Part shown: positions 23,501 to 36,049 of the stretch, piece after piece | Position numbering within the stretch: the first letter of the stretch is position 1 | How the letters are laid out: each line of letters starts with the position of its first letter | Assembly (NCBI GenBank): GCA_000934665.2 | Contig: KZ538079.1 | Location: 124,001-185,187, forward strand | From: Catajapyx aquilonaris | Lineage: Eukaryota | Direction of reading: 5' to 3' | DNA length: 61,187 nucleotides | Program-made: the position numbers and the translations under genes | Notes under the pieces: model-generated | What the model was told of the DNA's origin: nothing | What the model saw: the letters and a program-made list of their open reading frames with translations, nothing else | Database searches by the model: none

Positions 23501-26500
23501 CTCAACATTAATATTCTACAGCAGCCCTGAAGTTTGTCGCGCTATATGCTGCAATCCATGTTTTTCAGGGGGGGTCCCCAAAATTGAATTAAAAAGAGTC
23601 CAATAAAGATCTGGGGCGTCTTCTGCTTGCTCGGTACATTTACACGAAAAGTCTCCGGCAGACTGTACGAAGAGGGAAGAACATCTGCCATTTGGGAGTA
23701 AGTGACACCAAAAGTGGAGCATGTGAAGGGGGGGGGGGGGGGAGTTGCTACTTGGGAAGCAAAACTTCAGATTACAACGTGGTATGCCTCGGTGGGAAAC
23801 TAACTGCTGTGCTGCTCAGCATAAGTGAAACTAGGAAGCTTAACACGCAGACACTTTTAGTTAGTTGAATTTTGTATGATGAAATCTGTTAGTTAAAAGT
23901 TGTGCAAAAGGTGCTAGTGACTTTTAGCCATAATCTGCAGGAACATTCACGATTACTAGTTATCAATATTAGTTACATTTTACGTTTTGGGCGACAAAGA
24001 TTCCACATATCAGAACCAGGTGTGACGATTGATTTGAATTTAAATTCTGCAAGACGTCTTGGCCAGTCACATATGCAGCATTGAATTAAGCATGAGTTAG
24101 TGAAAGCATTGCACGAATGGTAAAAACATGAGGCGACACAGCCATCATGTGCAAGTAAAATGCGAAATTTGAAATTTTAATGTTTGGCCTGTGGTAATCT
24201 CAACAAAAGGTTACCACCGGACTTTTATACCTAATTTACTTCTATGTTGTGGGCTTGTTTGCGTATATTGTGGAAACAATACAGTGCTATACTGTGTACT
24301 AGTAGCATATTTTCATATGATTTAACGGTTTAAAAGCCTATTATTCTCGGTACATGATTCACCATGTTTTCACTTACTGTAGACCTCAACATACCTGAGG
24401 GGTATGCCATTATTATTATCGTACCAGGTACCACGATCCATGTTAAGTTATATGAGAATGAAGATGTGAAGTAAATGCAAAGGAGAATCAGCGATAACGC
24501 TTGACTTACAAATGATTTATGCTCATACACTTTATTAGTCAGAAACTTTGCAGGATAACAAACTTCTCCATTTGCAGGAGTTGAACACAAAATGCGTTAT
24601 CTCCATTTTGAAACACCCAGTAAAATGTGAAGCGCATTTTTTCGGGTTTTTCTTGAGCAGAATTAATTTTGAAATAAAAATCATCATTTTTCTATCGATG
24701 ATTACATTTACCGGTAGCCATTCACCAAATACACGTACTATATAGGGCTATACACTCTCACTACGCCACGATAGTCTTAAAACACCCAGAGTTTTCACAC
24801 CAAGAAAAAAAAGACACTTGACTCCAAGTGGCCCCAAGGCACCAGCTACAAAAGACTCTCTGAATATACCTTCGAAAAGAAAAAAAAAATTCAGGACAAG
24901 ACTTGGGCTCTGGTATTAATGAGTCCCACCTCTCCCCTTCGGTCCGGTCCCGAAGGACTCTTTTCCACGAGCCTGTTGCTCCCCGGAGATGAATAATCCG
25001 GAGCTGGCTAAGTGGGTCGGATGGTCCGGGTCCCTGCAGACAACAATGCTTAGACTGCTTGCTATACTACAAGACCAACCGAGCTTTGGGCTTTTCAAAT
25101 CAATCGCCACATGAAAGTGGGCTTAGGAGGATTTTGTTGGCTTCCAAACTTGACCACTGGCTGATCCTGGGGGGGATATCCTACATGGGGGGTTAATTGC
25201 TTTTACCTTTTAAAAAAATGAAGTAATCGGGTCAAAAAAGGGTGGTTTGTGAGTGGGTACCGAACATGTTGATAAACTACAGATCATTATGGGAGTGGTT
25301 TACCGCATTTTGAATTGTTGACCAACGCTGTCAATTATTGTCGCATAAAACATGAACCTCATTATTAATAAATGTATGTTTTTCCATATAATTCAGCCCA
25401 ATAATAGAGCAGGCAATATTGCTGCATTGTACCACCTTAACTGGTTAATAGCAGCCTGCAAAAAACGGCTGACATTTCAATCAAAAAATTACATAACACA
25501 CTGTATACTCCTGCATCATTTGGCGCCTGAAGGTTTCAAACCGCGTCACATGCATATGTGACATGTAACCCATACAGTGCACTGTACGCATGTTTTTGGC
25601 ACGTGCTAGGCGTACCTGATATTGACATGTTCCTTAGGCCATGTTTTGATGAAGAGCATTAAAAAAAGGAAGCATGAATGGCATTTTTTTTTGGCCCAAC
25701 CCGAACATGAAGTTGGCTGGAAGGACAGAACTCTAGGGGAGAAGAGCACTTTGCAAGTTACAATAAAGTGCACTTTTGGGTTACACGGTTTGATGCTTTT
25801 TTTCCGCTCTTGGCGGACGTGTCATTTGTCATTGTCGAATGTAGTTACGAGTCGAATTTTGCAATACGTTACTCGTCTCTGCTGGCTTTTGGTGCGTTAT
25901 ATAGCCTTGAGGTTAACGCTAGTAAGCTGTGTTTTTTCACACGGGCTAAAACGTGCGAACGGCAATGAAAGTGCTCTAAAACCGACACTTTTGCATTATG
26001 AGACTGCGTCAATAAATGTCGTAATGATGACAAAAGGTATTCGGTCATGCATTATATCGGGTTAAACAAGCGGCATATCCGCCCGAGCGCAAATACACCC
26101 TCGACGAGTGTGGTGTTTAACCAGGTTTTAGGTATGGAAGGCTCGCCACTCACCATGGAACTCTCGTCGATGGAATCCAGGCTCATAACCGTCACGTGAA
26201 AGTACACCAGAGTCGGTTGACCTGCGAAAAATAAAATACAGGCATGGGTGAGTTCAAAAATATTGCAATTATCTGATATTATTGTGCACAGCTCAAAACT
26301 TTTCTGACCTCCAGTATATTTGGCAAAAAGCGCGCGCACTTGGGGCCAACCAGCAATAAATCATCGTTTATCGTCGACTCCAACTTATGCCCCACACACA
26401 TGGCCACGACTGGAACTGAAAACCATTTATCATCGAAGCACAAGCCTCATTCCACCCACGGCACCTTTTGTGCCGTCTTCGATTCCACAGCACCACAACA

Positions 26501-29500
26501 AAACAGCATTTTCCTTTAGCATAATATCCTTCCATATCTTGCATGATTACTCTTGAGTGTCTTGACACTTTACACCTTGAAACCGGGAAATTTTGCTGGC
26601 ACTGTCATTCCATTTATCACCTTTTCTTGCTTCATTTCAACAATGGCCAGGGTCACACATCCGCCATTTTACATAAATTGATGTAGGCCTAGCCCACCAT
26701 CCACTGCGCCATTTTGCACTTTTATGATGAAAATCCGCCATTTTACATGATCCTGCAATCTGTCATTTCACATAACCAGATGTAGGCCTAGCCTCTACCA
26801 TGCATTGTGCCATATTGCACTTTTATGATGAAAATCCGCCATTTTACATGATCCTGCTGTCTGCCATACGACATATCGTCTGACTGGTGTCCATAGTCAG
26901 AGACAAACAACGCCAAAAATATGTGAATCTTGAAGCAAATCATCCCTCTTATGGCTTCAGGTTCTGGATTTCTATGCATCGAATTGGGATGTAAAAGAAA
27001 AACAAACTGTCTCTCCCTGCGTCCCTCAGTTCCAAACAAGAAAGCAGTGTCGATGTGATCGATACTAAACACGCGCAGAAAAGGGAGTCGTAAAAGCAGG
27101 CGTAAGAGCTCCAGACCCTGAATGATATCTGTGCGATGGTATCGGACCACGTCATGAAATAGGCCTGTTTGCTATGGGGTTATGGCCGATCTAACACAAG
27201 GCCCGAGGGGTGCGACTCTTTGTGCCCAGTTTGCATTTTTTGACACTCTTTACGACCGCAGCAGCACCCCCCTGAAAGTCGTGGAGCATGTGGGTCAAGG
27301 TGTCACAAGGTGTTTCAAGCAGACAAAGTTTCCACAATCAGAAGGTAATTTGTAATAGAAACAATCATTACGAGAGTTTTTAATAATGCTTAAACCAGTG
27401 CAAAAAAACCGAATTATTTTGCTTTATTTAATTTTATTTTGAAAACTGCATATTGTTGCATCCAATGTCTCTCTGCAGGAGCCTGCATTATACTTAATAT
27501 TGTAACTGTTTTTGCCACCAGCTGAAATAACTCCTTCATATAAAAATGATCATTTTATCCCACAGTTTTATGGAACATCCTCTGCCAAAATATTTTAAGG
27601 GTCAAACTTGGGCCGACTATTTATATGCTCGCCTGTACATTTATTGTTAATTATAACCTAAGGCCGCGGTTCTCTATGTATATTTCAACACTTCCCTGGC
27701 ATTATTCAGCATTCAATTTTGAGCCGACCCTTACGACCCACGATGCTTTTCTCTACCTCCTATTTTTAGGGTACCATACCTACATATACCCATATTACAC
27801 CAGACACGGATTGAAGCACAAAAGCATTGCTCCAAAGCATACACATAGCTGAAAAGGCCTCATTGTAACCCTCCCTCGCGCCTCATTTTTGCTCAACGTG
27901 CCAATGCCATAAAGATACAATTCAACAATTCTCTCTTTTTCGAGCACCGACACTGTTCTAGTATATTTTTCATTTTTCCCCCCATCCCCAGTACGTGTTT
28001 GTGTGTATATGTTGAGGGCTGGGGAAAAGCCTCGGCGAGTGTTAACGCGCTACATCACATTGCGAGCCTGTTTTGACATCAAAAGCGGGGTGTACTGGTA
28101 TGCAGGATGTGCGCTGTGCATATGATTGCAGTTCGTCATTGTCCTCCCCATCTGAAGGCACGGATTCCCCACCATGTATAGGATTGCGAAAAAAAAAACA
28201 CACACATGGGATGGAAACCGATTTGCAATTATGCCGCTGAATGTATATGTACGACTGGTTATCATGGAGGGGGAGGCATTCAATTCGAATGTCTAATTTC
28301 CGATGTTTGCATTTTCAGGCCGGTTTGCAATAGAGTTGGATCAATGGTGTATCAGTTGGATGGATTTCAAACGGATTGTATCTGGGAATTGCAAGGAGAA
28401 GAGAGTAATAAAGGGTAGTAATTGTGCAGAAATTGATTTGCAATATANNNNNNNNNNNGGGAGGGGGGGGGGGAGGAAGTTGAGAAGGAAATCTGTAGAT
28501 GGCGTACGCTTCTACTTTCGAAAGGTAGCCTACCCTTCCACTTGGGTCACTTTTCATCCTTGCATGACGCATCCCAAATTACGAATGATATTTTGGAGGC
28601 TTAAAATATTTGCTTACTAAGCTGGGTTTATTTTTAATTTATATCATTTTTTTGGACACTTCAATTAGAATGGACAGCAACAAACCTCCGATTGTTATAA
28701 GAGAAACAACATTGTCGTGAACAGTAATCGATGAATATACGCAGCCAACAGTTCGCATTATTCGAACCTGCCTCACGCAGACAGAGACTTGATATTCTAT
28801 TGCTGGACACGCTTTATTAATTCAAGACGCTTGTTTCCTCGCAGCATGATTTCCCTCGCGGACAGAATGTCCCAGAGCAATTCTGCGGAAAATACCTGCA
28901 GTGTTACTTACTCCCTCCCCTCTCTCTTGCTGATTTTTTTCACCCCTTTTTGTTCGCAAGTCAGCAATGCGTCACTGGTTAAAGGAGCTTGTACAGTGGA
29001 GAGTGACAGTAGTATGTCTCTGTTTTCAGGATTTTGCGAGGCAAAACAAGCCTGTGGACTATGCTGGGCCTAAGAGCCTGAAAGGATTACTTCGGATGTT
29101 TCAAAATGCTCTCCCTTTCCAGTTACATCCTCTTAAGACTTGTTGACTTTCTAGGCTGAGTCCAAGGTTTCTGAATTTCTTAGGGAAATGCATTTGATAG
29201 GCTTAGTGTCAGGTACTTTCTTATACGGAGCTTACTAATAAATGCTATGAATTATTACTGTAACTAATCCGATATAATCATTTATGTATATACTGTATAA
29301 TTGCATTTAATTTCATCACAAATCATCCAGATTACAAGTTTTCAGTTTTATTGCGAATCCACCATTTTACAGCATTTAAAAAAGGAATTCTGGCTTTCAA
29401 TAACCAGGAAAATTGCATATAGAGACATGATTTCACCTGACGGTACAGAGTGGTTCTCTGTCAGAGTGACGGCTGCAGGAAGTGATGTGTCTGGATCACT

Positions 29501-32500
29501 CCATGTCAACAACTGGACCTACTACTGTTCCACTAATGCTGACCAGATTTAAGCATTCAACAAAAGGCGTTTCCAGGATTTGTTTCAGCGATAACTTCTT
29601 CTTGTATAGGTTACTGGTACTGTAACTAATATCTAGTGGAAAATTCCCCAATTTGCATTCATTTAATGGGCATGTGCACTTGCCCTGGATACATTTGAAC
29701 AAACTTGTTTTTCTCCTGGTGGTGGAGTAGGTTTGCGGGAAACTATTTAAAAATCGTTCAAATCATAGAATTCGCACGAAACGGCATGCACTCTTGCATG
29801 CACTCCTGGCAGTGCACTCGTATTTGCAATAGTTGGTGGCAATATTATCCAACTGGAATATCAAACAATCGTGACTTTCAAACCTGGATTTTTACAACTT
29901 TGGAACAGATTGGGAAAACCAGAACTATTTCAACAATGATTAGTAGTAGCCACAGGCAATTAAAAAATTACTTAATATAAAATAAGTCATTAAATAATAA
30001 ACCAGTAAATAATAAAACAGATAATACATAATATGCAAAGTGAAAACATCAGGCAAACCATTGTTGTATAAATTACACATTTTACAGTTCTCACTGTAGG
30101 TTCTGCCAACATGCAATAGAATTTATTGTGAAAAATACCTGATACGTTTTTAAATTTGAGTGGTTCGACATGTGACGTAATTTTATGGGTTTGTGTCAGG
30201 CACAGCGTGACAGTGTGTGACATGGGGGTGGGGACGAGTGTTCCAAATAATAAAAAATAAACGTCACGTGGATGACCCCTGCGTTGTCGCACAGCAGCAA
30301 TGACCCATATTATCCTGTCGCCTCATCCCCAACTCCTAACACATCTGAACCATCAAATATTGATGCTTCTGTTACGACACCATCGCCCCCAAAAAATTCA
30401 AAGTAGCTGCAATGCCGTCTGGCAAGCGCATGAAAAAGCAGTACCAACGAATACTGCTCACTTCCGCCGTAACGCGTCGCCCATACCATTAGCTCCCGTC
30501 CTGCCAATTACATTTACAGCTTAGACCACATGTGCTGATAACTGCAATGAGATATAAAAACCAGTCAGACACGTGAAACAGCTTGTTAGGCAGCCATGAC
30601 ACTTTACGCCTAAATAACGGCTGCCATGACACTTTACAGAAAAGTAGCTCCCCTAAAGTGTCATGGCTGCCGATACACCCCCCCCAAGATGGCGCCCATT
30701 TTGTAGCATTCTAACCTCCCTGTACTTTCACATCTCAGATAACGCGCAACTTCCCGCATCATTTGTCCAGCTATCACCAGATCGCACCAGATAAGACTCT
30801 GCTGACTTCTCGCCGTGCTTCTCGCCCTTGGAATGCGGCCAGTGTGGGCGCAAATTAGCGACCATCCGCTATCTGAACGACACCCTGCGCCATTGATCTG
30901 GTAACCGTGCGGGGTAGAAAAGCGACGCAGTTTCTCCGCCGACGCCCGCGCGTCAATGGAGGTTGCAAAAAGGTGGATATATATAGAGGGGGGGAAAAAA
31001 GAAGAAGAAGGTCTCACCCCGGATCCCAATGGCCGACTCAGCGCCAACTTGGATCAAGACCTATTCCCATGAATACGACCGGCTGCCAACTTGCTCGGGG
31101 GACTACCAAATGGAAAAACTTATGTGGATAAACGCCCGGGTTGGGTCTCTCTCTATTTCTCATGGAGGTGAAGGGTTAACCTTCCCTATACCAACCTCTC
31201 ACCAAACCGGACCACTGTCGATGTCAAGTGTCGCCTTGTTTTAAAAAAAGGTTGTCGATGAGTGTCACGAGTGTGGCCAGGGATGACAATCAAAACAGAG
31301 CTGTACGGACGGTTTAAAAAAGTAACATTGCATATTAACTAGGTGTTTAATTTGACTCGGGACATTGCTGCAAAAAAGTGGGTACATTGACGAAACAAAA
31401 TGCGATTAAGTTACAGCTACTAGTGTGCTACCTAGCATAATAAAATAGGTGCTACTAGTGTGCTACCTAGCATAATAAAATAGGTGCTACTAGTGTGCTG
31501 GCTGTTATTCCTAAGTCAGCAATGGTTTTGACACGATTTAGCCTACTCTTGTAGGCAATAGAGTGCTCTAAAAATCAACTGCAGCCAAGCCATGTTCCTG
31601 GCAGCTTAGCTTTTTTTTTCTTGACAGGAAGTGAACCGCTACAATAGGAAGAACGTATTAGGAACTGGTTGGCCTTAGACCCTAAATCTATTGTGTAAGG
31701 GAACAATATGGTCATCGACTCATAATCCTTTCCTATAGGATTTGGCTTCAAAGCACTGCTCTTGCCCCTTCTTCCATCATTCGGATTATTTAGCATGTCT
31801 TGTCAATTTAACGCTCTGTTTGCTCTTTAGTTCGTCAGAAAGTTAAGGAGCGATTCACACTTTTATGCGAGTGAATAAAAAATGGCAATAAAACTACTCC
31901 GGAAGTTATTGCTCTCTTAGCAGTATGATTTGACTGGAGAGACCACAACATAATATTAGCAGATAATAACCAGTTAAAGTAACTATGCAAGAGTTCTGCT
32001 TAACAATAGGCCATCCCTCGACAATTGAAGTCTGATGTTACACCAACTGAGCTCCGATCTCGAAAAAGTCTATAGGCCACTTCCTGTAAATTGAATCTTC
32101 GTCTCTCCATCTCCAAAACACACGTCAAAAGAATATCCATTACGCCCGCCCAGCACAATTTGTCTGGAAAATAATTGACTTTACTTTTTCCACCCCTATC
32201 TCAGTTTCCGTTTGGGTAACCTACCCCTGTTGAAAACGGTTCCTCCCATTGGATAAAAAGCCTCTTCTAATAGGAGTCGTCTCTAAAGAAATCGAAGCCT
32301 CCAGCTGCCATTGTACACGGTTCGTAGCGTTCCGCAAGTCAGATATGCGCTCCAGGCGTTGGATTCATATTGGACCGGAAAGGCCTTCTACTCTCTACTA
32401 TCTATCTCTACACTAATAATAGGGTGGCAGCAGGTGGCAGGCTCTATGCTCAAAGTGTAACTATTTATAAACGCAACCATTATTTTCCGCGCGTATCTCT

Positions 32501-32764
32501 TTCTGCTTTTCAGACTCAAAAGATGTTCCGATGATGACTTTTGGAGAAATGGGCTTCAACCCTTTTGAAAATTTTCGCGTCGCAAGCAACGTCGCAGGAA
32601 ATGAACACCGCTTTGTGACATGCACCAAAGAAATATTTTCTTTAAAAAAAAGAGTAAATGAATGTCTACCGTTCTCTTTCGGTGGATGCATCCGGTCGTA
32701 GTCCTTCGGGTTTTCTGGCAGAATGTCCTCGAACTCCAACGGACCATCCCAGATCTTCTCCTTT
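9752..32764 (-). CDS. HisCl: Histamine-gated chloride channel subunit (Cys-loop pLGIC, ort/HisCl2-like); join of 32764-32670, 26221-26154, 17785-17559, 16595-16513, 13731-13597, 11978-11749, 11678-11478, 9928-9752; 5' signal-peptide exon not found
   Basis: Exons join with GT-AG and matching phases into ...EDILPENPKDYDRMHPPKENGQPTLVYFHVTVMSLDSIDESSMTYAADIFFAQSWKD...WRPDAFFKNAK...Cys-loop CAMNFKSYPHDTQQC...loop C DCTQVYSTGNFTC...M1, anion-selective PAR motif (EAVPARVTLGVTSLLTLSTQHA), M3 and M4 (IDRVSRIFFPLSFTVLNCIYW). This closely resembles arthropod histamine-gated Cl- channels as I recall them. Confidence 0.93.
10159..10258 (+). repeat. Dispersed repeat family member (other copies at about 3084-3130 and 20655-20718)
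   Basis: Shared TGTGCCTCT(G/A)TTTGTCC...AGTCATC; this copy and the 20655 copy also share CATCTATGT...ATGGTACTACG. Confidence 0.7.
11478..11678 (-). CDS. HisCl: HisCl exon G (M3 and start of intracellular loop); donor end uncertain
   Basis: AIDVFMSGCTIFVFCSLMEYALVNIML...PGTPNNK follows a 70-nt intron (11679-11748). Phase-0 donor AAG|GTGTGC chosen; a competing phase-1 GTAAGT donor lies at 11422. Confidence 0.85.
11749..11978 (-). CDS. HisCl: HisCl exon F (end of loop C, M1, M2, M2-M3 linker)
   Basis: NFTCLEVVFTFKRRLGYYLFHTYVPTCLIVIMSWISFWIRPEAVPARVTLGVTSLLTLSTQHANSQKSLPPVSYIK; acceptor TATTACAG, donor AAG|GTACCT. Confidence 0.95.
13597..13731 (-). CDS. HisCl: HisCl exon E (LSYTTDDLIFVWDP...IELPQLDLAGNTTGDCTQVYSTG)
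   Basis: Acceptor ...GCGGACAG after a T-rich tract, donor G|GTGAGT; 135 nt; phases 1/1. Confidence 0.93.
14127..14500. repeat. Degenerate AT-rich minisatellite (AACAGTT..AAATAACT.ATA-like units)
   Basis: Recurrent CAGTT/AAATAACT/CTAAC motifs at roughly 25-30 bp spacing. Confidence 0.6.
16513..16595 (-). CDS. HisCl: HisCl exon D (Cys-loop, LTLILSCAMNFKSYPHDTQQCAMKVES)
   Basis: C-x13-C loop with YPxD; acceptor TTTTTGCACGCAG, donor C|GTAAGT; phases 2/1. Confidence 0.94.
17559..17785 (-). CDS. HisCl: HisCl exon C (TYAADIFFAQSWKD...WRPDAFFKNAK...LLYMVK)
   Basis: Acceptor TTTCCAG, donor AA|GTCAGT; 227 nt; contains the WxD and WxPD pLGIC motifs. Confidence 0.94.
19281..19452. repeat. Minisatellite, 24-bp unit (TCACAGCTAATAGTATAGGTGTTA) with 29-bp variants, about 7 copies
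   Basis: Directly visible tandem copies in HisCl intron B-C. Confidence 0.92.
26154..26221 (-). CDS. HisCl: HisCl exon B (GQPTLVYFHVTVMSLDSIDESSM)
   Basis: Acceptor TTTTTCGCAG, donor ATG|GTGAGT; 68 nt; phases 1/0. Confidence 0.92.
26661..26857. repeat. About 100-bp tandem duplication
   Basis: GATGTAGGCCTAGC at 26680 and 26779; TTGCACTTTTATGATGAAAATCCGCCATTTTACATGATCCTGC at 26714 and 26815. Confidence 0.85.
28448..28458. other. Assembly gap (11 N) next to a poly-G tract
   Basis: N run. Confidence 0.99.
30589..30671. repeat. 18-bp motif, two direct copies plus one inverted copy
   Basis: GGCAGCCATGACACTTTA at 30589, GGCTGCCATGACACTTTA at 30619, TAAAGTGTCATGGCTGCC at 30654. Confidence 0.8.
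31416..31499. repeat. 35-bp tandem repeat, 2.4 copies
   Basis: GCTACTAGTGTGCTACCTAGCATAATAAAATAGGT starts at 31416, 31451 and 31486 (partial). Confidence 0.92.
32670..32764 (-). CDS. HisCl: HisCl exon A (N-terminal extracellular region, KEKIWDGPLEFEDILPENPKDYDRMHPPKENG)
   Basis: Acceptor TTTTCTGTTACAG, donor G|GTAGAC; YDxMxPPK motif typical of HisCl N-termini; phase 1 matches the next exon. Confidence 0.85.
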
Positions 32765-35389
32765 CTGTAACAGAAAATGGGTTAAATTCATACCATTGCA
32801 TTGCTGGAAAACACTGGACTTCTTTCTAACTAACAATAGGAGCCTATAAGATGCAGCCTCACTTCCAAATTATATCCCCTTCAAGTATATATCCTATCAT
32901 AGACAGTCCTGACGGTTTTGACTCGTTCCTGGACCGCCCTAGACTCGATTCCAGGCCATGCTGGCAGAAGACAAGAAGTGTCCGCATCGGAATGGAAGGT
33001 CCGGATGTCAGCCGCAGCATCCAGGGGACGAGACAAATGGTCTGGGCTCCCAAAATGGGTCGGAGGACCATGGTCGAAGGGGCCCAAACTGAGCCATCTT
33101 ACACGTCTTGCGCACGCCTTTAACGAGCAGGTAGAATTTACCGCCATATTTACTGCCAGTAGACGGTACTCTGGGAGAGAAAAGGGGTCGTCAATCTTTT
33201 TCCTGGATATGTACAGGGTGGTTCGATCGAGTTTTGCATTCAATATCGTCATTTTTTTAGCGCATTTAATAGCTATGGACGGCACATAAATATTCCATTA
33301 CCGGGAGTGTGATACCGGTGAAAGCGTTAAATTTTTTTTTCCAATGGAACCAGTTTTAACGCTCAGGCCTAGAAAAAAAAAGCCGATGCACTCTGCCAAA
33401 CAGGATTAATACATCGGGGGCCGGAAAATTCATGACCTACCTTTCTTTTTTTGAGGGGGGGGGGCGCAATAGCACTTGCAAATTTGCGACCGGGACTACT
33501 GCGGCACAAAGCGATTCCAATCATTGGCCTGTTAGCTTATCTGCAGTTCAACAGAGGCGGCCGTATAATTTTATTAAGCCGGCAGTATACTTTCCGACTC
33601 TTTGACTTTCAAGCGATAGGCTGTATAGTCGCGATAATTAACTATTTAAACGGTTGTAATTGAACCAGATCGCAAAAACAAAGTGAAAAAAGGCAATTCG
33701 GAAATAGATCAGTCGCCAAAAAATTCTACATATTTTTAAGGTTCGTTGGATGCACACCCACACGAAGAAACTATCCGTTGGTTAAAATTGAGAAGATGAT
33801 TTCTCCACGTATAATATAGCACTTATAATATTATTCATGAGCAGGGATTTGTGTGTCGTATATCCCGAGGATATTTAAAGGCAACCTGTTGCTTCGGTAT
33901 ATATTCTCCAATCTCCGGATCCTTCAATTCGCATACAATTTGCAAAATGCGACTAGGAGTGGAAGTGAGACACTTTTTTTCCCAGCCCTACTTATAAACT
34001 CTAAGAGCTATCACATCGATTCCTCCTCTTTCCTTCTACTGATAACGTCTGACGCGCCGGAAAGCCAATGAAGAAGCGCGCCTGTTATATACTATAAAAA
34101 ATAAATATAAAAAAGTAACTTGCGAACTTTTCTTCCCCTTTCGACTCCTCCAGTAACAGTGGCAAGAAATATTGCTCAATGAAACGTGTGCTCAGCCCGA
34201 TAAAATTCCACAAAGTTCTACTGATCGAATTGTTTGACAGAAAGTGGGAAAAGTCTATATAACTTATTTCTTATTTCATTAAATAATTTTATCTCAAGCA
34301 TTTATACGTTGTTTTTAAGACTGATTTGCGGATAACCCCCTTCTGTACGGTACAGATCCCCCAACAAACTATATAGAGGAACCCAGCACCTTTGAAATAT
34401 CGGCACTTCTCCAGTCGCATTTTGTCTCTTCCTTCGCTTCGGACACTTGATCTACAGTGCGGCATTTAAAGCCCGCGAGTGCTCTTGACAACCCATTTGT
34501 CACTTCAGACTCTCAGATTCATATTTTGGAACAAAAAAGACACCCATGAAAGCTTAAAAAATAGTTGGGTCCATGGAAAATCTGGTTGGCCCAAAACTAG
34601 ACAATATTGGTCTCAAAATATTTGAAATTAATTATGTCAGTTATTTCCACCTTTCAAGAGCAGGCTGAATCAACTCTGTTAATATTGCGATTATGTCTGA
34701 ATAACTGAAGATTTTCTCTAATTTGCTTTAATACTGTACAACTTTGTCCTAAGAGTGTAGCTACTGCAGGAAAATTGCGACTCTTATTTCGCTTCCAAAA
34801 AAAAATTCGCAAAGTTCGAATGAGATGAGTCGTTGGACTTGACGACTGCACCTTTGATGTTTTTCGAACGAGAGGTTTACTGTCCCGTGAAATTGGCACT
34901 CATTTTGGGCAAAAGTTCACCTTTTTTTTATACTAACGCTTTATGACCTTTCCCCGGGCCTGCTAGTTTTTATTACTCTTGGGTCATGACCTTGACGTGT
35001 CACGTGTCCACTCAGTCATCAGCGTTAACAGAGGAATAAAATTCACTTCCTGCAACCAACTTTGTCCGCATCAAATGGTCAGTTTTGCAGGGCTCTAAAC
35101 TACTTTACGGCCTCTCAAACCCCATTTCCCTCCAGCAGTATACATATTTATCGTCGCCCTTTCAAGTTTAATATTTTACACTAACGCTAAATGCGACACC
35201 GAATTTTTTTTTTGTCGCTCCTATAGCCCTCCCTCATTTGTCATTTGCATAACTGCCCCTGGTTCCACATTCAGGGGTGATATATGAATCCAAGAAATCA
35301 TACCCGTTCCCGTCTATAATCAATAAAAATGTCAACCATTCTTTTAAGGGTAACTGCCCGTTAAATTTGTAACAATGTGCGCCGCTTTT

Positions 35390-36049
35390 TACAGGGTGAT
35401 CCATAATTATTCCGACAATGTTAACGCAAACTTCTGAGTAACTTTATGTAGTGTCGTTCGGCTCGTTGCAAAGATAATTATGGGCTTAAAACTACAAGGT
35501 GTCAAAGGATCCCTTCCAGGATTTATTATGTTGCCAGACACAATAATTAAATATATATTTATAGTGGAATAAGATTGGTTGAATTTTTTAGAAAATACCT
35601 GTATGTTGTCCGAGTGGTGAAAGATGAGAATTTGTAATTTTCTCATTTAAAACGACATAGGCTGGTGTTAGCAACACCACATAATTTTAAACTTAATTTT
35701 TATGACAATTGCAAGTAATTAAAAATTTTCAAATACAAGATGACCCATTTAAATCATTGCCACATTGTTCCGCCACCATTTAGTTTACTGATTATAAGTT
35801 TAAGTAAGCAACATGAGACTCAAAAATTGGTACGCATACGCAGTTTACATCAATATTAAAGTCGAAATTTTGTGGGCAATAAGTTTAAAAAAAAATCTCA
35901 ACTTTTAAGCTCAACAAACACGTAAAACTGAGTTTCACCTTTTCATCAAATATATTTAGTTGAATATTCATATAAATATTATTGTGATGCAATGCAGAAT
36001 TTTTTATCCGTCTTAGAACGTTTTGAGAATCATTAAGACACACCCTGTA
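35390..36049. mobile_element. Degenerate Tc1/mariner-type non-autonomous element
   Basis: TACAGGGTGATCCATAATTATTC...GAATCATTAAGACACACCCTGTA imperfect TIRs with TA ends. Solo TACAGGGTG/CACCCTGTA termini also occur near 6530, 18175, 33212, 53685 and 54311. Confidence 0.45.

Noticed and set aside
24916..25110. DPDHPTH peptide resembling a Rex/L2 LINE C-terminus
   Set aside because: A single short motif only.
32851..33289. GC-rich overlapping ORFs just upstream of exon A
   Set aside because: No suitable donor, signal peptide or recognisable domain.
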